Source: a virus. Taken from it: 34,292 nt of DNA. Positions 1 to 9,172 of the stretch are shown piece after piece. The position numbers were made by a program, and so were the translations under genes. The notes under the pieces are model-generated. The model had not been told where the DNA came from. It saw nothing but the letters and a program-made list of their open reading frames with translations, and searched no databases. Position 1 is the stretch's first letter, and each line of letters starts with the position of its first letter. The stretch is from the IMG/VR virus record IMGVR_UViG_3300044701_001886. One strand, 5' to 3'.

Positions 1-127
1 GCGATAATGCCCGTTGCGATTGCTTCGTTTGTCGCCGGATTCTTCGTGCGGCCCACGGTCGCCATCTGGAACATCTTGGCATCGAAATCCGATGTCGCGC
101 CAGATCCTGGCTGACGCATTTGCGGCG
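1..127. repeat. Terminal redundancy: bases 1-127 are identical to 34166-34292. This is the overlap of a circular or circularly permuted molecule.
   Basis: Direct comparison of the first and last 127 bases (gcgataatgcccgttgcg...ctgacgcatttgcggcg). The repeat ends exactly at the window end. Confidence 0.9.
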
Positions 128-1118
128 TGATGCGCGCCGTGATCGCGTCCATCTCCTGCGCGGCGTCAGAAAACGCAGGAACCCGGCCAGCGACCGGGCC
201 TTGCATCGTAACGTTCCCTTGAAGTTGCAGGAACCGCTGCGCATCCCGCGCCATTGCCGTGGCCGCAGATACGCCCTCTTCCGCCTCGGTCAGCTTCTTG
301 TCGGCCTGCTTGTAGAGTTCGCGCTGGAACACTTCGCGGCCCTTGCCTGACATGTTTGCAAACGGGTCGCGCTGCGCAACCGGCACGCCAAGCTGCGCAG
401 ACAGTTGCGTGCGGTCATCCGGCATCGGCTGATCGGCTACCGGAGCAACAGGCGCGGCAACGGGAGCGCGGCGGGCTTCAGCTGCTTGCCGTCGGGCGCT
501 AACAAGGACAGGGTTTACGGTAGCGCGCCCTTGTGCATCAATCAGCACTTCGGCATTTGCCGCCTGCCTGCGATCCCGTTCGCCGCTCTGCTGCAACTCG
601 AGCCGCTTCGACTCGTCTATCGTGGCTTGCAACATTGCGTCGCGCAGTTGCGGGTTGAATTGCTCAGGCACTCTGGCAAGCGTATCCGGCCCCATCTCCT
701 GACCGATAATGTCGCGCAGCATCGTCCAGCTTTGTTGATCGGTAGCGCCTCGGAGAAGATTGGCCCGCCGATTTGCGGCTGCAATCGAAGTTTCCTGCGT
801 GGTCTTGCCGGTCGTTGCGCGTTTCGCGGCAGCTTCTTCGCGCTGCTTTGCCGCCTCTAGCAATCGCTTTTCCTCGGCCATGCGAAGGCCAGGACGCACG
901 TTTAGTGCGTTCAGATTGCCCTCTTGAAAGTAGGCCCGCAGCGTTTCCTGATCGGCCGCAGCTTCAGCACGCGCACGCTCCATCTCGTCAAACTTGAGCG
1001 CGTTCATGCGGTTGGCCTGCCGCGCGTTTTCAATGGCGAGCGCGTTACGCTCTACTTCGCCCGGACTGGCGACCTTAAACGGCTGAATTCGGCCGTAAAT
1101 TGAGGTATCAAGCGCCAT
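1..1118 (-). CDS. 5' part of a wrap-around 463-aa ORF, a putative internal virion/ejection protein. It continues at 34165..33892.
   Basis: Hand translation of the minus strand from the ATG at 1118 runs to base 1 with no stop (MALDTSIYGRIQPFKVASPGEVERNALAIENARQ...). That ATG overlaps the upstream TGA by 1 nt. The reading frame matches tracked ORF 33892..34284 through the 127-bp overlap (1118-119=999). The joined ORF is 1392 nt. Confidence 0.7.
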   Translation of the reverse strand, partial: MALDTSIYGRIQPFKVASPGEVERNALAIENARQANRMNALKFDEMERARAEAAADQETLRAYFQEGNLNALNVRPGLRMAEEKRLLEAAKQREEAAAKRATTGKTTQETSIAAANRRANLLRGATDQQSWTMLRDIIGQEMGPDTLARVPEQFNPQLRDAMLQATIDESKRLELQQSGERDRRQAANAEVLIDAQGRATVNPVLVSARRQAAEARRAPVAAPVAPVADQPMPDDRTQLSAQLGVPVAQRDPFANMSGKGREVFQRELYKQADKKLTEAEEGVSAATAMARDAQRFLQLQGNVTMQGPVAGRVPAFSDAAQEMDAITARITPQMRQPGSGATSDFDAKMFQMATVGRTKNPATNEAIATGII

Positions 1119-1861
1119 CACCGACCCGCCATTGCGTCTTCGCCCTCAAGGAACGGCGAATAGTTGCTAACGGTTCGCGGAGTCGGCGGGCGCTGCCGCA
1201 GTGCGTTCATGCCCCAATCAGTAGCGCCTTGCAAGCCTTGCAGCAAAGCGTTACCGCTGGCAATACGGGCGGCGCCTTGAGCGTTGCCGATGCCAATCAG
1301 ATTGCCCGCCATTTGACCGCGCAGGTTAGTGCGGTCTGCGTTGCCGCTTTCCACCGCACGCTGACCCATACCGGAAGCGACGCCCAAGCGGCCCGCAATG
1401 TCGGCACTCTGCGCACGCCACCGCTCGAAGGCATTTCCAAATTCCTGCGAGGCAAGGCCGGAGTTGTAGCGTTGCAGTTCTTTGAGCGCGGACCCCGAGT
1501 TAAACCGGCCCCGTGCGAGGGCGTTGCGGTTAATCGCCTGCTCCCCCTGCTCGCGGCGAAACTGCATGCCGGGGTCTTCTTCATAATCGGCAGCAGAAAA
1601 GCGTCGGGTCAGCTCACCGTAGCGCGGGTCTTCTGCACTTCCGCCAACACCCAGCAACGAAGCGAGGCGGCCGGTAGCACCTGAGCCGATATCTCGATAC
1701 GGGGACAGGTCGGCATAGTTGGCTTCCTGCGTCTGACCGAGTAGTTGATTGGCCTCGCGCGCCGCCGCTTCTTGTCTACGCGCAGCACTGCGAGCAGATC
1801 GCCCGCCAATCAACCCGCCGAGAATGTTGCTTCCGACTGATAACGCAGTTCCCCAACCCAT
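1118..1861 (-). CDS. Putative internal virion/ejection protein (247 aa)
   Basis: Complete ORF, first of three consecutive Ala/Gly/Gln/Arg-rich proteins after the tail genes. This is the position of gp7/gp20/gp16 in P22-like phages. No enzymatic motif recognised. Confidence 0.5.
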   Translation of the reverse strand: MGWGTALSVGSNILGGLIGGRSARSAARRQEAAAREANQLLGQTQEANYADLSPYRDIGSGATGRLASLLGVGGSAEDPRYGELTRRFSAADYEEDPGMQFRREQGEQAINRNALARGRFNSGSALKELQRYNSGLASQEFGNAFERWRAQSADIAGRLGVASGMGQRAVESGNADRTNLRGQMAGNLIGIGNAQGAARIASGNALLQGLQGATDWGMNALRQRPPTPRTVSNYSPFLEGEDAMAGR

Positions 1862-1907
1862 ACGGCCTCCTATCGTTCGAGCCTATTACAAAGGCTTGCC
1901 CTCATGG

Positions 1908-1921
1908 GGCGGTTTATCGCC
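1908..1921 (-). promoter_or_regulatory. Conserved dyad GGCGATAAACCGCC (minus-strand reading) abutting a stop codon, site A
   Basis: Plus strand ggcggtttatcgcc. Its last base is the first base of the TAG complement of gene 1921..3216. Related copies lie at 7595-7608 and 12960-12973. Confidence 0.5.
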
Positions 1922-3216
1922 TAAAAACTGGTAATTACAACGACAATGCCGCTACCACCAGCGCCGCCCGCTCCAGAAGTTCCCGCACCAATCGGCGCGC
2001 CCCCCCATGCGCCGCCACCGCCACCACCACCACCAGGCTGCTGTCCATCCGCTCCATTGCCGGCGGGGACTGCGTTTGTTGCGCTCGCCCCTCCACCCGG
2101 CCCGCCAGCACCCCTAAAAGACACAGCCACTCCGGTAGCGCCAACTGCATTTGTGTTTGGGGCTCCTCCGGGCAAACTGTTTTCCAATAAATAACGGCTT
2201 GCCGTCCCACCTGAGGTAGCCGTGGGGGGAGTTAGAGTTATAACAGTTCCTCCTTGTCCGCCACCTTGGCCGCCTCCGTAGGCCATACCACCAACACCAG
2301 GAGACGAACTGGCGAATTGATTGCCTCCTCCGCCTGCGCCACCAATCCACGACGAATTCCTGGCAACGGCGGAGACACCACCGCCTTGAATTCCGCCGTA
2401 CTGCCCACCAAGACCGCCGGCGGTACCACCTAAGGTGGTAGTCCCTCCGGCTGACAAAGCGCCCGCACCGCCTCCTCCGCCAGTGCCTGTATTTTGCCCA
2501 CCACCACCGCCACCGCCACCGTATGCAGTGACTATTGATCCAAAAGACGAACTGGCGCCGATAGCTCCAGAGTTGCCCAAAATTCCAGTTGATATTCCGA
2601 CTCCACCAGCGCCTCCCGCCCCAACAACGATGGCAGCAGACAATGGCATATCACTAGCATTAGCAGAAAAATCAACAAGCGCAGCTCCTCCGCCGCCAGC
2701 GCCTCCGCTTCTTAATTGTGCTAATCCGTAACCTCCACTACCTCCACCACCACCGCCACCGACAACAAAGACGCGAATAAATTGTGCGCCAGCTGATTTT
2801 GTCCACGTAAACGTGCCGGGTGTGCTGTATACCTCAACCAGAGAACCTCCGGCAGCGCCAGCCCACGATCCATCCTCACGCAAAAATCGTCCAGAGTTGA
2901 CATTGATTGCACCCGGCACCAATCCAGCAGCGCCAGCGGCAAAGACGGGAATAGTGGCATCGTCGCCCACTGTGTTTGTTACCGTGCCGCTAGTTGCTGC
3001 TGCTGCGTATCCAAGGTCAGGCGTTGCTTTGACCCATGCCGCGTCTTGCCTCCCGTAGATAACACCATCCTCCGGCGCTTCCTGTACTCCATCGCCCGGT
3101 ATGGATTGCTGCAACGATTGAAAGTACCTGTACCAAAGCGAGTTAATCGGCATTGTGTCCGAATCATCGCCCTCGCCAGCCACTGGCGTTGTCATCGGGG
3201 GAATGCGTGGCGTCAT
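1921..3216 (-). CDS. Tail fibre protein with a C-terminal glycine-rich domain (431 aa)
   Basis: The N-terminal part has fibre-type motifs (EAPEDGVIYGRQDAAWV, GLVPG...FLREDGSW). It is followed by YSTPGTFTWTKSAGAQFIRVFVVGGGGGGGSGG and long Gly runs. ATGA overlap with the upstream hub gene. Confidence 0.7.
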   Translation of the reverse strand: MTPRIPPMTTPVAGEGDDSDTMPINSLWYRYFQSLQQSIPGDGVQEAPEDGVIYGRQDAAWVKATPDLGYAAAATSGTVTNTVGDDATIPVFAAGAAGLVPGAINVNSGRFLREDGSWAGAAGGSLVEVYSTPGTFTWTKSAGAQFIRVFVVGGGGGGGSGGYGLAQLRSGGAGGGGAALVDFSANASDMPLSAAIVVGAGGAGGVGISTGILGNSGAIGASSSFGSIVTAYGGGGGGGGQNTGTGGGGGAGALSAGGTTTLGGTAGGLGGQYGGIQGGGVSAVARNSSWIGGAGGGGNQFASSSPGVGGMAYGGGQGGGQGGTVITLTPPTATSGGTASRYLLENSLPGGAPNTNAVGATGVAVSFRGAGGPGGGASATNAVPAGNGADGQQPGGGGGGGGAWGGAPIGAGTSGAGGAGGSGIVVVITSF

Positions 3217-4676
3217 GGCGTCAAATCGAGATACGCGCCGGAAATTGGCTTATAAACCTGTGCCGACATACTAAGTTCAATCACAATATCTCGCGCGCGG
3301 CCGAGTCGGTTAAATTTTACTGACTCAAAGTATTCGCCTAGAGCGCCAATAGGCGCAGTGCGTTGCGCTGACCATTGCCGCCCGCCGTCTTTGCTGACGC
3401 GCATCATTGCTTGCGGGTTAACATCCTCATCGTTTCCGCTGAAAAGCCCGACGCCTGGCTGGAAGATAAATTCGGCACCGGAAACGGTAAGGTACTCGGC
3501 TTTGTTGGCGATGTGCGGCGAAACACGTTTACAAATCAAGTCCACTCCGTTTTCGCTGTAAATCGTGGTAGACAGTTGCGCAATGTTCGGCCCGCGCGAG
3601 TCTCCGATCAGGTTGTACCCGGCAAAGTACGCATGACACCTAGCCCGCCACGCGCCCTCAACGTAGCTTATTGGAGCCGCTTGATCTGGTTGCGTCGGGT
3701 CAGGCACTAAAGATGATCGTTCATGCCACAGTTGCGTGGCCATATCGTAGACCCATGTTTTCCCGGCGGTAGGGAACGACAGCACGTAAAACAAGTGCCC
3801 GTGCTGCTGATACGTCAAAGCATAGGCGTCTGTCGTGGTGACATAACTGGCAATTTCCTGCTCGATGGCATGTGTAGAAACGCGCTTGCTTTGCAGTCCA
3901 CGGGCTTGCATGACCACAGAGCCGCCGTTAGTGTCCTGCGCAAGCCACAGCAGCGCCTGACCGATTACGGCAGCAGATAGCGGGGCGGCAGTGCCGTAGG
4001 GGATATAAGTCCCTTGAATGCGGTCGAATACTTCCTCGCCGCCGGTCGTTGCCCAGATTTCCGTTGACTGCGATCCAATCAGGTACAGCTCGCGCTCTAC
4101 GGTAATCGCCCGTTGTAGCTTGTCGTTTAGGTTTTCAGCACTGGCAAAGTCGAGCGCGTTCCATGTTTGAGGATCAAACGGCGATGACCAATAGAACTGA
4201 TCGCTGTTCGGACCGTGAGCGATGAAATACCCGTCAAGGGCGGTGCAGCTTTGCGGATTTTGCGGAAAGGCATACGCTGTAATCGTGGTCAGTGTCGGCA
4301 CAGCATCGGCACGATTAAAGCTGAATCCCTGATTGCCGTTCACGATCATTACTTGATCGCCAGCCTGCGCCACAATCGCGTAAGCGCTTCCCGTTGTTCC
4401 GACTTGCACTGGATTTAGGAATGCTCCGCTTTGAATGTCCGGCACAAGGTGAACAGAATCAGCCGTTACGATGACCAATCCTGACGGTGTTGGCTCCATT
4501 GCCAACACGGGCGAAGATCCTCTAGACCCGATAGTCGTATGACCAGGCGCAGGATAGTAGACAAGCCCCTTTTCTGGGTCGCCTTCCGGGTACTGATTAA
4601 CGGCCCGCTGAGTGCTGGCTTTCCAGCTCGCGGCAGCGTATGCGGGGCCGATAAATCCCTCAAACGGCACGCGCAT
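3213..4676 (-). CDS. P22 gp10-like tail hub / packaged-DNA stabilisation protein (487 aa from the ATG at 4676)
   Basis: Follows the gp4-like gene. The blocks LYLIGSQSTEIWATTGG and the C-terminal KFNRLGRARDIVIELSM...SGAYLDL resemble my recollection of P22 gp10 (FGSSTIEYFSLTGA; WKRVGRIRRLIGFKLRV...SGCQIRLE). Start chosen at the TAATG overlap with the upstream stop. Confidence 0.6.
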   Translation of the reverse strand: MRVPFEGFIGPAYAAASWKASTQRAVNQYPEGDPEKGLVYYPAPGHTTIGSRGSSPVLAMEPTPSGLVIVTADSVHLVPDIQSGAFLNPVQVGTTGSAYAIVAQAGDQVMIVNGNQGFSFNRADAVPTLTTITAYAFPQNPQSCTALDGYFIAHGPNSDQFYWSSPFDPQTWNALDFASAENLNDKLQRAITVERELYLIGSQSTEIWATTGGEEVFDRIQGTYIPYGTAAPLSAAVIGQALLWLAQDTNGGSVVMQARGLQSKRVSTHAIEQEIASYVTTTDAYALTYQQHGHLFYVLSFPTAGKTWVYDMATQLWHERSSLVPDPTQPDQAAPISYVEGAWRARCHAYFAGYNLIGDSRGPNIAQLSTTIYSENGVDLICKRVSPHIANKAEYLTVSGAEFIFQPGVGLFSGNDEDVNPQAMMRVSKDGGRQWSAQRTAPIGALGEYFESVKFNRLGRARDIVIELSMSAQVYKPISGAYLDLTP

Positions 4677-5392
4677 TAAAAGTCCCCGGAAACGTAGCGA
4701 TAGTAAGGCGCAGGCGTATTCTGCTGCACTCCCATGAACTCGCACCCGATGCGCGGGTCTGGCAGATTGTTTTGCTGGATGTTCGCCCTTGACTTTGCGG
4801 CCATGCGCACCAGACTTCCTGACGGCTCTTTGCCGTATTCTGGGGAAAGCAATTCAGCCATCGACAGCACAATGGCCTGCTCATAACCTGGCGGCAGCGA
4901 TACAGATGCATTAAGGTCGGCAAACTCGGAGAGCGTGACCCAGCAGCCTAAATGCAGCACCAGATTGGCCGACGGATGCTCCCATATGCGGATAGAGCCT
5001 AGAGGGAACCCCGGCGCGTAGTACAGCACCGTCGGGAAATTGTTCCCCTGATTCTTGAGCGTGATCGACGCAAAAACTTGATCCGGCACAATATCCATAG
5101 GCCGGTCATAGTGCTGCGAATCGCGTGTAAACGCCCATTCGATCCTAACGGGGCGGTCTACGTTGATCGTTCCGCCGGGGCCGATTGAGTACGTTGCAAC
5201 GCCGGTTGTCAGTGCGTGCGTGCGCGACACGATTTGATATGCAAACAGCCGCTCCGCCTGCCAAGCGTCCATCATCTGATTTAGTGTCAGCAGTGCGTCT
5301 GATGCGTCGTTACCGTCCATCGTCTCGGATGCCCCGAGAATAGTGGCGACCCGCATTGAGCGGGTAAGTATGTCTCTTACAGTGCGCGGCAT
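4676..5392 (-). CDS. P22 gp4-like head-to-tail adaptor (238 aa)
   Basis: The N-terminus DILTRSMRVATILGASETMDGNDASDALLTLNQMMDAWQAE matches the pattern of gp4-type adaptors (DLVRAALRKLGV...DAVDDLEAMMAEWYQ, from memory). Located just after coat, upstream of the hub gene. Confidence 0.6.
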   Translation of the reverse strand: MPRTVRDILTRSMRVATILGASETMDGNDASDALLTLNQMMDAWQAERLFAYQIVSRTHALTTGVATYSIGPGGTINVDRPVRIEWAFTRDSQHYDRPMDIVPDQVFASITLKNQGNNFPTVLYYAPGFPLGSIRIWEHPSANLVLHLGCWVTLSEFADLNASVSLPPGYEQAIVLSMAELLSPEYGKEPSGSLVRMAAKSRANIQQNNLPDPRIGCEFMGVQQNTPAPYYRYVSGDF

Positions 5393-5402
5393 TCCTGATC
5401 CC

Positions 5403-5432
5403 TAAGAAAAAACGGGGGCGCGAAGCCCCCGT
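5403..5432 (-). terminator. Rho-independent terminator (attenuator) after the coat gene
   Basis: Minus strand CGGGGGC-UUCGC-GCCCCCG (7-bp GC stem, 5413-5431) followed by UUUUUUCUU. Lies 24 nt after the coat stop. Confidence 0.75.
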
Positions 5433-5455
5433 AAAGTCCCATGGCAGCGAGACAA

Positions 5456-6679
5456 TTAGCCCGTAGTACCAATCCGGCAGGCCAGCTCGGGGTAGGTCGC
5501 GGCCCAACCGAACAGCACGTCTAGACGCATGTTCGACACGTCGTTGGCACCGTCGTAGTACTCCGTCACCTTGACCGTAAAGCCCTGATCCGACTCCTGC
5601 GAGACCTTGGCGTTTTGATCCTGCGGCACAAACATTGGCACCATCGCCAGCGTGAAGGCATCCTCATGGAAAGCAACCGAGGTGTCATAGGACACGTTGA
5701 CCGAGCCTTGGATTACATACGGCTGCGCGGTCGTGGGCGAGGCGGTGCAGTTCTGGAACGCGCCGGTCGGGGTCACAGCGGGGCTGATCGGGATCGAGGT
5801 CGCACCCAGAAGGGCATCGGCGGTCACCACAAACTGCTTGAGGCGGCCGGTGGAGGCGCGGGTCTGCGGGTTGACATCGAACACGCCCGGCAGGGTGATG
5901 ACCGTGCCAGCCGTCAGCGTGCCGCCCGTAATCGCAACCACGGTAATCGTGGAGCCCGTCTGACCGGCGCCCGAGATGTTCGTGGCGGTCGCGGCGCCGT
6001 TCGCGTGACGGGCGACGTTCTGATCCATGCCGACGCTGTAGCCCAGCGAGTCAACCATCATGCCCACGCCGTACTGACGGCCGATGGTCGAGGCGTTGTT
6101 GAACAGGCCCGCAAGGCCTTGCACCATCGAGGCATTAAGACCCGAGGACAGCACCAGGTTACGGCGACCGTCACGCGGGGCGGCGTTGTCATCCAGAATT
6201 CGACCCGATTGCGTGGCGAGGGCCAGCGCTTCAGCTTGCGTCGCAGGCTGAACCATCGTGGTCGTATTGACCGACACTTGGTTAGCGACGGCGGTACGCG
6301 CCAGCGCCAGACCTTGGCGGTCGATTTCGTTTGCCACCGTGGCAACAGCGGCTTGAAGTGCCTTTTGCAGATCGGGGTTGCTGATGCTAACCGTACGCTC
6401 GATCAACGGAAAGTTGATGTCGCAGCCGCCCTGACTCAGGGTCAGCGGCACCGTGCTAAATACCGTCGATTGCGGGCTGGCAACGCGGCCCGAACGGTAG
6501 GTGTAGCGCGGCGGGCGCTTGATGTTGATGGTCTGGCCAGTGGCATAGCCGCGAGCCATGCTGGAGCCGTACTCGCTTTGCCACGAGCGGTTGACGCCCT
6601 TGGAAAAGGTCAGCATGTTCTTTAGGATCGCCAAGCACTCTTTGGCGACCAGTGAGGTAGTAGCAAGTGTATTCGACAT
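5456..6679 (-). CDS. Major capsid protein, P22 coat-like (407 aa)
   Basis: Follows the scaffold gene and is followed by a strong terminator. The C-terminal blocks FHEDAFTLAMVPM and RLDVLFGWAATYPE parallel P22 gp5 FWADDAIRIVSQPI and RIALWYGVNATRPE (from memory). Confidence 0.8.
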   Translation of the reverse strand: MSNTLATTSLVAKECLAILKNMLTFSKGVNRSWQSEYGSSMARGYATGQTINIKRPPRYTYRSGRVASPQSTVFSTVPLTLSQGGCDINFPLIERTVSISNPDLQKALQAAVATVANEIDRQGLALARTAVANQVSVNTTTMVQPATQAEALALATQSGRILDDNAAPRDGRRNLVLSSGLNASMVQGLAGLFNNASTIGRQYGVGMMVDSLGYSVGMDQNVARHANGAATATNISGAGQTGSTITVVAITGGTLTAGTVITLPGVFDVNPQTRASTGRLKQFVVTADALLGATSIPISPAVTPTGAFQNCTASPTTAQPYVIQGSVNVSYDTSVAFHEDAFTLAMVPMFVPQDQNAKVSQESDQGFTVKVTEYYDGANDVSNMRLDVLFGWAATYPELACRIGTTG

Positions 6680-6702
6680 GATTTATTCCCGCAGGGTATG
6701 GT

Positions 6703-7536
6703 TTAACGTCCTGCCCACCAAGCGCCCTGTTTCTTGCGCATCGCTTCGTATTGAGATTGCGACATCGTGCCAAGTTCATCCGAGGATGCCTTGCCACCGC
6801 CAATAGGCTCAATCGGTGCGGGCGCTTTGCTGGCGCGCTTAATAGGCTCTTTATTCACTTCTAAACGTGCCTCGATTTTCCCGAGTTCACGCACTTGAGC
6901 TGCGGGGTTCATACGGGCGATCTTTTCCGCAAGGTCAGGGTTCTTGCCGAGGTAGTAAGCAACGTCCGGCCCCATATCGGAATCCTTGATTGCTTCAGCC
7001 ATGATCGGAGTGATCGTTAGATCGTCCGACATGGTTACTTCGGCAAAGTCGTCGTATTTCTTCGCGGCCTGCTTCTGCCGGTTGATCCACGACTCCTCAC
7101 GCTCACGAATCGATGCCTCTTGGCGTGCCCGTTCCGCTCGCGCTTCAACTTCTTGCAACTTCGCGGCCACCTGATAGTCGGCTTTCGCCTCCAAGTAGGT
7201 CTCGTAGCTGTCGAAGTTCTCACGCTGCGGCGGGCCTGAGGGCTTCTCCACCTTCGGAGCATCGCCCGCTAGGGTTCGCTCCATCAGGTTTAGCAGCCTC
7301 TCATTGACGCGTGCCAAGTCTCGGGCTTGATTCCGATACTCCAGCGCACGTTCGCCTAGTCCACCACGCTTGCGCTTCCCATCGTCACGCGGCTCTGCGT
7401 CATCGACGCCCTGCTCTTCGTTTTGATGTTCTTCGCTGGCCTGCTCTTGGCCTGCCGTTTTAACCTGTTCGGCTTCAGTTGCGGGTAGCGACTCCGCTTC
7501 ATTCCCCTGCGAGGGCGCGCTGTTTTCGTTCGTCAT
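6703..7536 (-). CDS. Scaffolding protein (277 aa from the ATG at 7536; the tracked ORF begins at 7551)
   Basis: Highly charged E/K/R/A-rich helical sequence immediately upstream of coat. The ATG at 7536 has a GAAGG Shine-Dalgarno sequence 5 nt upstream; the ATG at 7551 has none. Confidence 0.6.
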   Translation of the reverse strand: MTNENSAPSQGNEAESLPATEAEQVKTAGQEQASEEHQNEEQGVDDAEPRDDGKRKRGGLGERALEYRNQARDLARVNERLLNLMERTLAGDAPKVEKPSGPPQRENFDSYETYLEAKADYQVAAKLQEVEARAERARQEASIREREESWINRQKQAAKKYDDFAEVTMSDDLTITPIMAEAIKDSDMGPDVAYYLGKNPDLAEKIARMNPAAQVRELGKIEARLEVNKEPIKRASKAPAPIEPIGGGKASSDELGTMSQSQYEAMRKKQGAWWAGR

Positions 7537-7594
7537 CTTGCCTTCTGGCATTAATGAGATGCGCTGAAAGTACGATAAAACTATCTTGAACTGT

Positions 7595-7608
7595 GGCGAT
7601 TTATCGCC
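7595..7608 (-). promoter_or_regulatory. Conserved dyad GGCGATAAATCGCC abutting a stop codon, site B
   Basis: Plus strand ggcgatttatcgcc, immediately adjacent to the TAA (7609-7611) of gene 7609..8355. GGCGAT and ATCGCC are the complementary arms. Confidence 0.5.
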
Positions 7609-8355
7609 TTATTGCATGTAGGCTGCAAAAATCTTAATAGCCTGCTGAATTTCTTCTTCTTCCTGCTCGATCATTTGCAGCCGATCTAGCTCTTGTCGCG
7701 CCTCTTCTTGCGCAATGACAACAAGCGATGAAAGAAGATCATACGCCCGCAGTTGCTCGTCAATCAGAGACTGAAGGGCGGCGGGCTCAATGTCCGGCTT
7801 CGCTTGGACGATTGACCGCGCCGCTTCACGCACAACTTCAGGAGTTGGCTTTTCCTCCAACTCATCTCGGATATCTACCCATCGGCGGGCAAAGTTCGGG
7901 ACGTTGGTGAAGTAGTCACCAGCACCTCCCCCAGTCTGCTCGATGTCTGGGCCAACTACGGAAAAGTCGGCAACGTCCGCGCCCTCAGTGGCCGTGAGGT
8001 TTATCACTGGCGCTGCGCTGACAACGCCAACAGCAAACGCGGCAATGTCAGGCCCTTCGGTTGCTCCGAGAGTTACGCCGACACGCAATGCGACCGTAAA
8101 GTCGGCAACGTCCGATGCTTCTGTTGCGCTTAGAGATATCCCAATTCTTGTCGCAACACTAACCGCGGCAACGTCTGGCGATTCTGTTGCGCTTAGAGAT
8201 ATTGCAGGATTTGCTCCGGCAATGTTTACCGTAAACGATGCTGAATCAGCTTCTTCGGTCGCTGATAGAGAAATTCCAGGATTGATCCCCTCACCGACAA
8301 TCGGGATTGACCCGATCTCGATCTGCGCGCCGTCAAATAGGCGACGCGAGGCCAT
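7609..8355 (-). CDS. Repeat-containing structural-module protein (248 aa), function unknown
   Basis: Five tandem repeats of about 21 aa (I/V-S/T-L-S/G/T-A-T-E-x-x-D-V/I-A-x-F/V-x-V), then an acidic helical C-terminal half. 1-nt spacer to the upstream stop. Confidence 0.6.
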   Translation of the reverse strand: MASRRLFDGAQIEIGSIPIVGEGINPGISLSATEEADSASFTVNIAGANPAISLSATESPDVAAVSVATRIGISLSATEASDVADFTVALRVGVTLGATEGPDIAAFAVGVVSAAPVINLTATEGADVADFSVVGPDIEQTGGGAGDYFTNVPNFARRWVDIRDELEEKPTPEVVREAARSIVQAKPDIEPAALQSLIDEQLRAYDLLSSLVVIAQEEARQELDRLQMIEQEEEEIQQAIKIFAAYMQ

Positions 8356-8356
8356 G

Positions 8357-9166
8357 TTAAGCCTCCGCTACGAGTACAGCGCCGCCGATCGCTTGCGTAC
8401 CTTGAGCAACGCTTATAAATGTCAGACAAGCATCGTCGTCAAATTGGGCCATACTTCCGATCATCCCTCCGCTGCTTACCGCATCAAGCGGCATCGCGCC
8501 AGTTGTCGAGTTAAGAGAGAAAATCATTATCGGCCGAAATAAGCACACGCCAAAGTTGCCAGCCGTGCCAGTTGTCGCCAACACAGTCACGCCCTCAACC
8601 GATTGCACTCCAGTGTCACCTGCGGCCAGCGGGATCAAAACGACGCGGCCCGCCTCTCGGAAGCCTGCGCTGCCAAAAGTGGTTGCGGTACTAACTTGAT
8701 TTGCTGTACCCGCCTGATTGGTGTAACGCACGGTTACGGTTGTAGCGGTCGTTCCGATGACTGCGTGAATAATGAGGCCGATCATCACACCGGCGCCGCT
8801 GGTGTTTCTAGTCAGCGCAGCGGTCGGCAAGTTTGTCGTTTGCTCGGTCGTTACAATGCCGCTTAATCCGCCAGAAACATTTAGCAGGTCGATGGCAAAC
8901 AGAGACGCTCCGGCGGGGGCAGATGTGTTAAAGCGCCCGCCAACAATTTGAAGCGTGCCGCTAGTCGCGTCTGGGATCGGGCCGATGGCCTGCGCAGAAC
9001 TCTTGTTTAGCGCAACGCTCGTCGTCGGCACAGCAGGGGCCGGTTGAAAATACGGCCAGACGGCCATTGGGCGGCTCAGTATTGATGGGATCGCCGCGGC
9101 ACTAAAATCAGCAGCGCGGTTGAGCTGCAACGCAGCCACGTAGGCATCGAAGTCTGCGAGCGCCAT
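8357..9166 (-). CDS. Structural-module protein, paralogue B (269 aa), function unknown
   Basis: Alignable with 9173..10021 through the shared blocks TRNT(S/G)GAG, IGTT(A/S)TT, YT(N/D)(Q/E)AG, FRE, IPLAAGD(T/N)G, AGNFG and D(D/P)DACL. Confidence 0.6.
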   Translation of the reverse strand: MALADFDAYVAALQLNRAADFSAAAIPSILSRPMAVWPYFQPAPAVPTTSVALNKSSAQAIGPIPDATSGTLQIVGGRFNTSAPAGASLFAIDLLNVSGGLSGIVTTEQTTNLPTAALTRNTSGAGVMIGLIIHAVIGTTATTVTVRYTNQAGTANQVSTATTFGSAGFREAGRVVLIPLAAGDTGVQSVEGVTVLATTGTAGNFGVCLFRPIMIFSLNSTTGAMPLDAVSSGGMIGSMAQFDDDACLTFISVAQGTQAIGGAVLVAEA

Positions 9167-9172
9167 TGCTTC

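Noticed and set aside
1946-2731. Pro-rich plus-strand ORFs (1946..2194, 2435..2731) opposite the Gly-rich fibre gene
   Set aside because: Poly-Pro/Ala is simply the complement of GGN-rich codons. There is no RBS or operon logic.
5615-6625. 336-aa plus-strand ORF antisense to the coat gene
   Set aside because: The product is an Arg/Gly/His-rich low-complexity translation, typical of the mirror frame of a GC-rich gene. The minus-strand ORF has clear coat-protein features and operon context.
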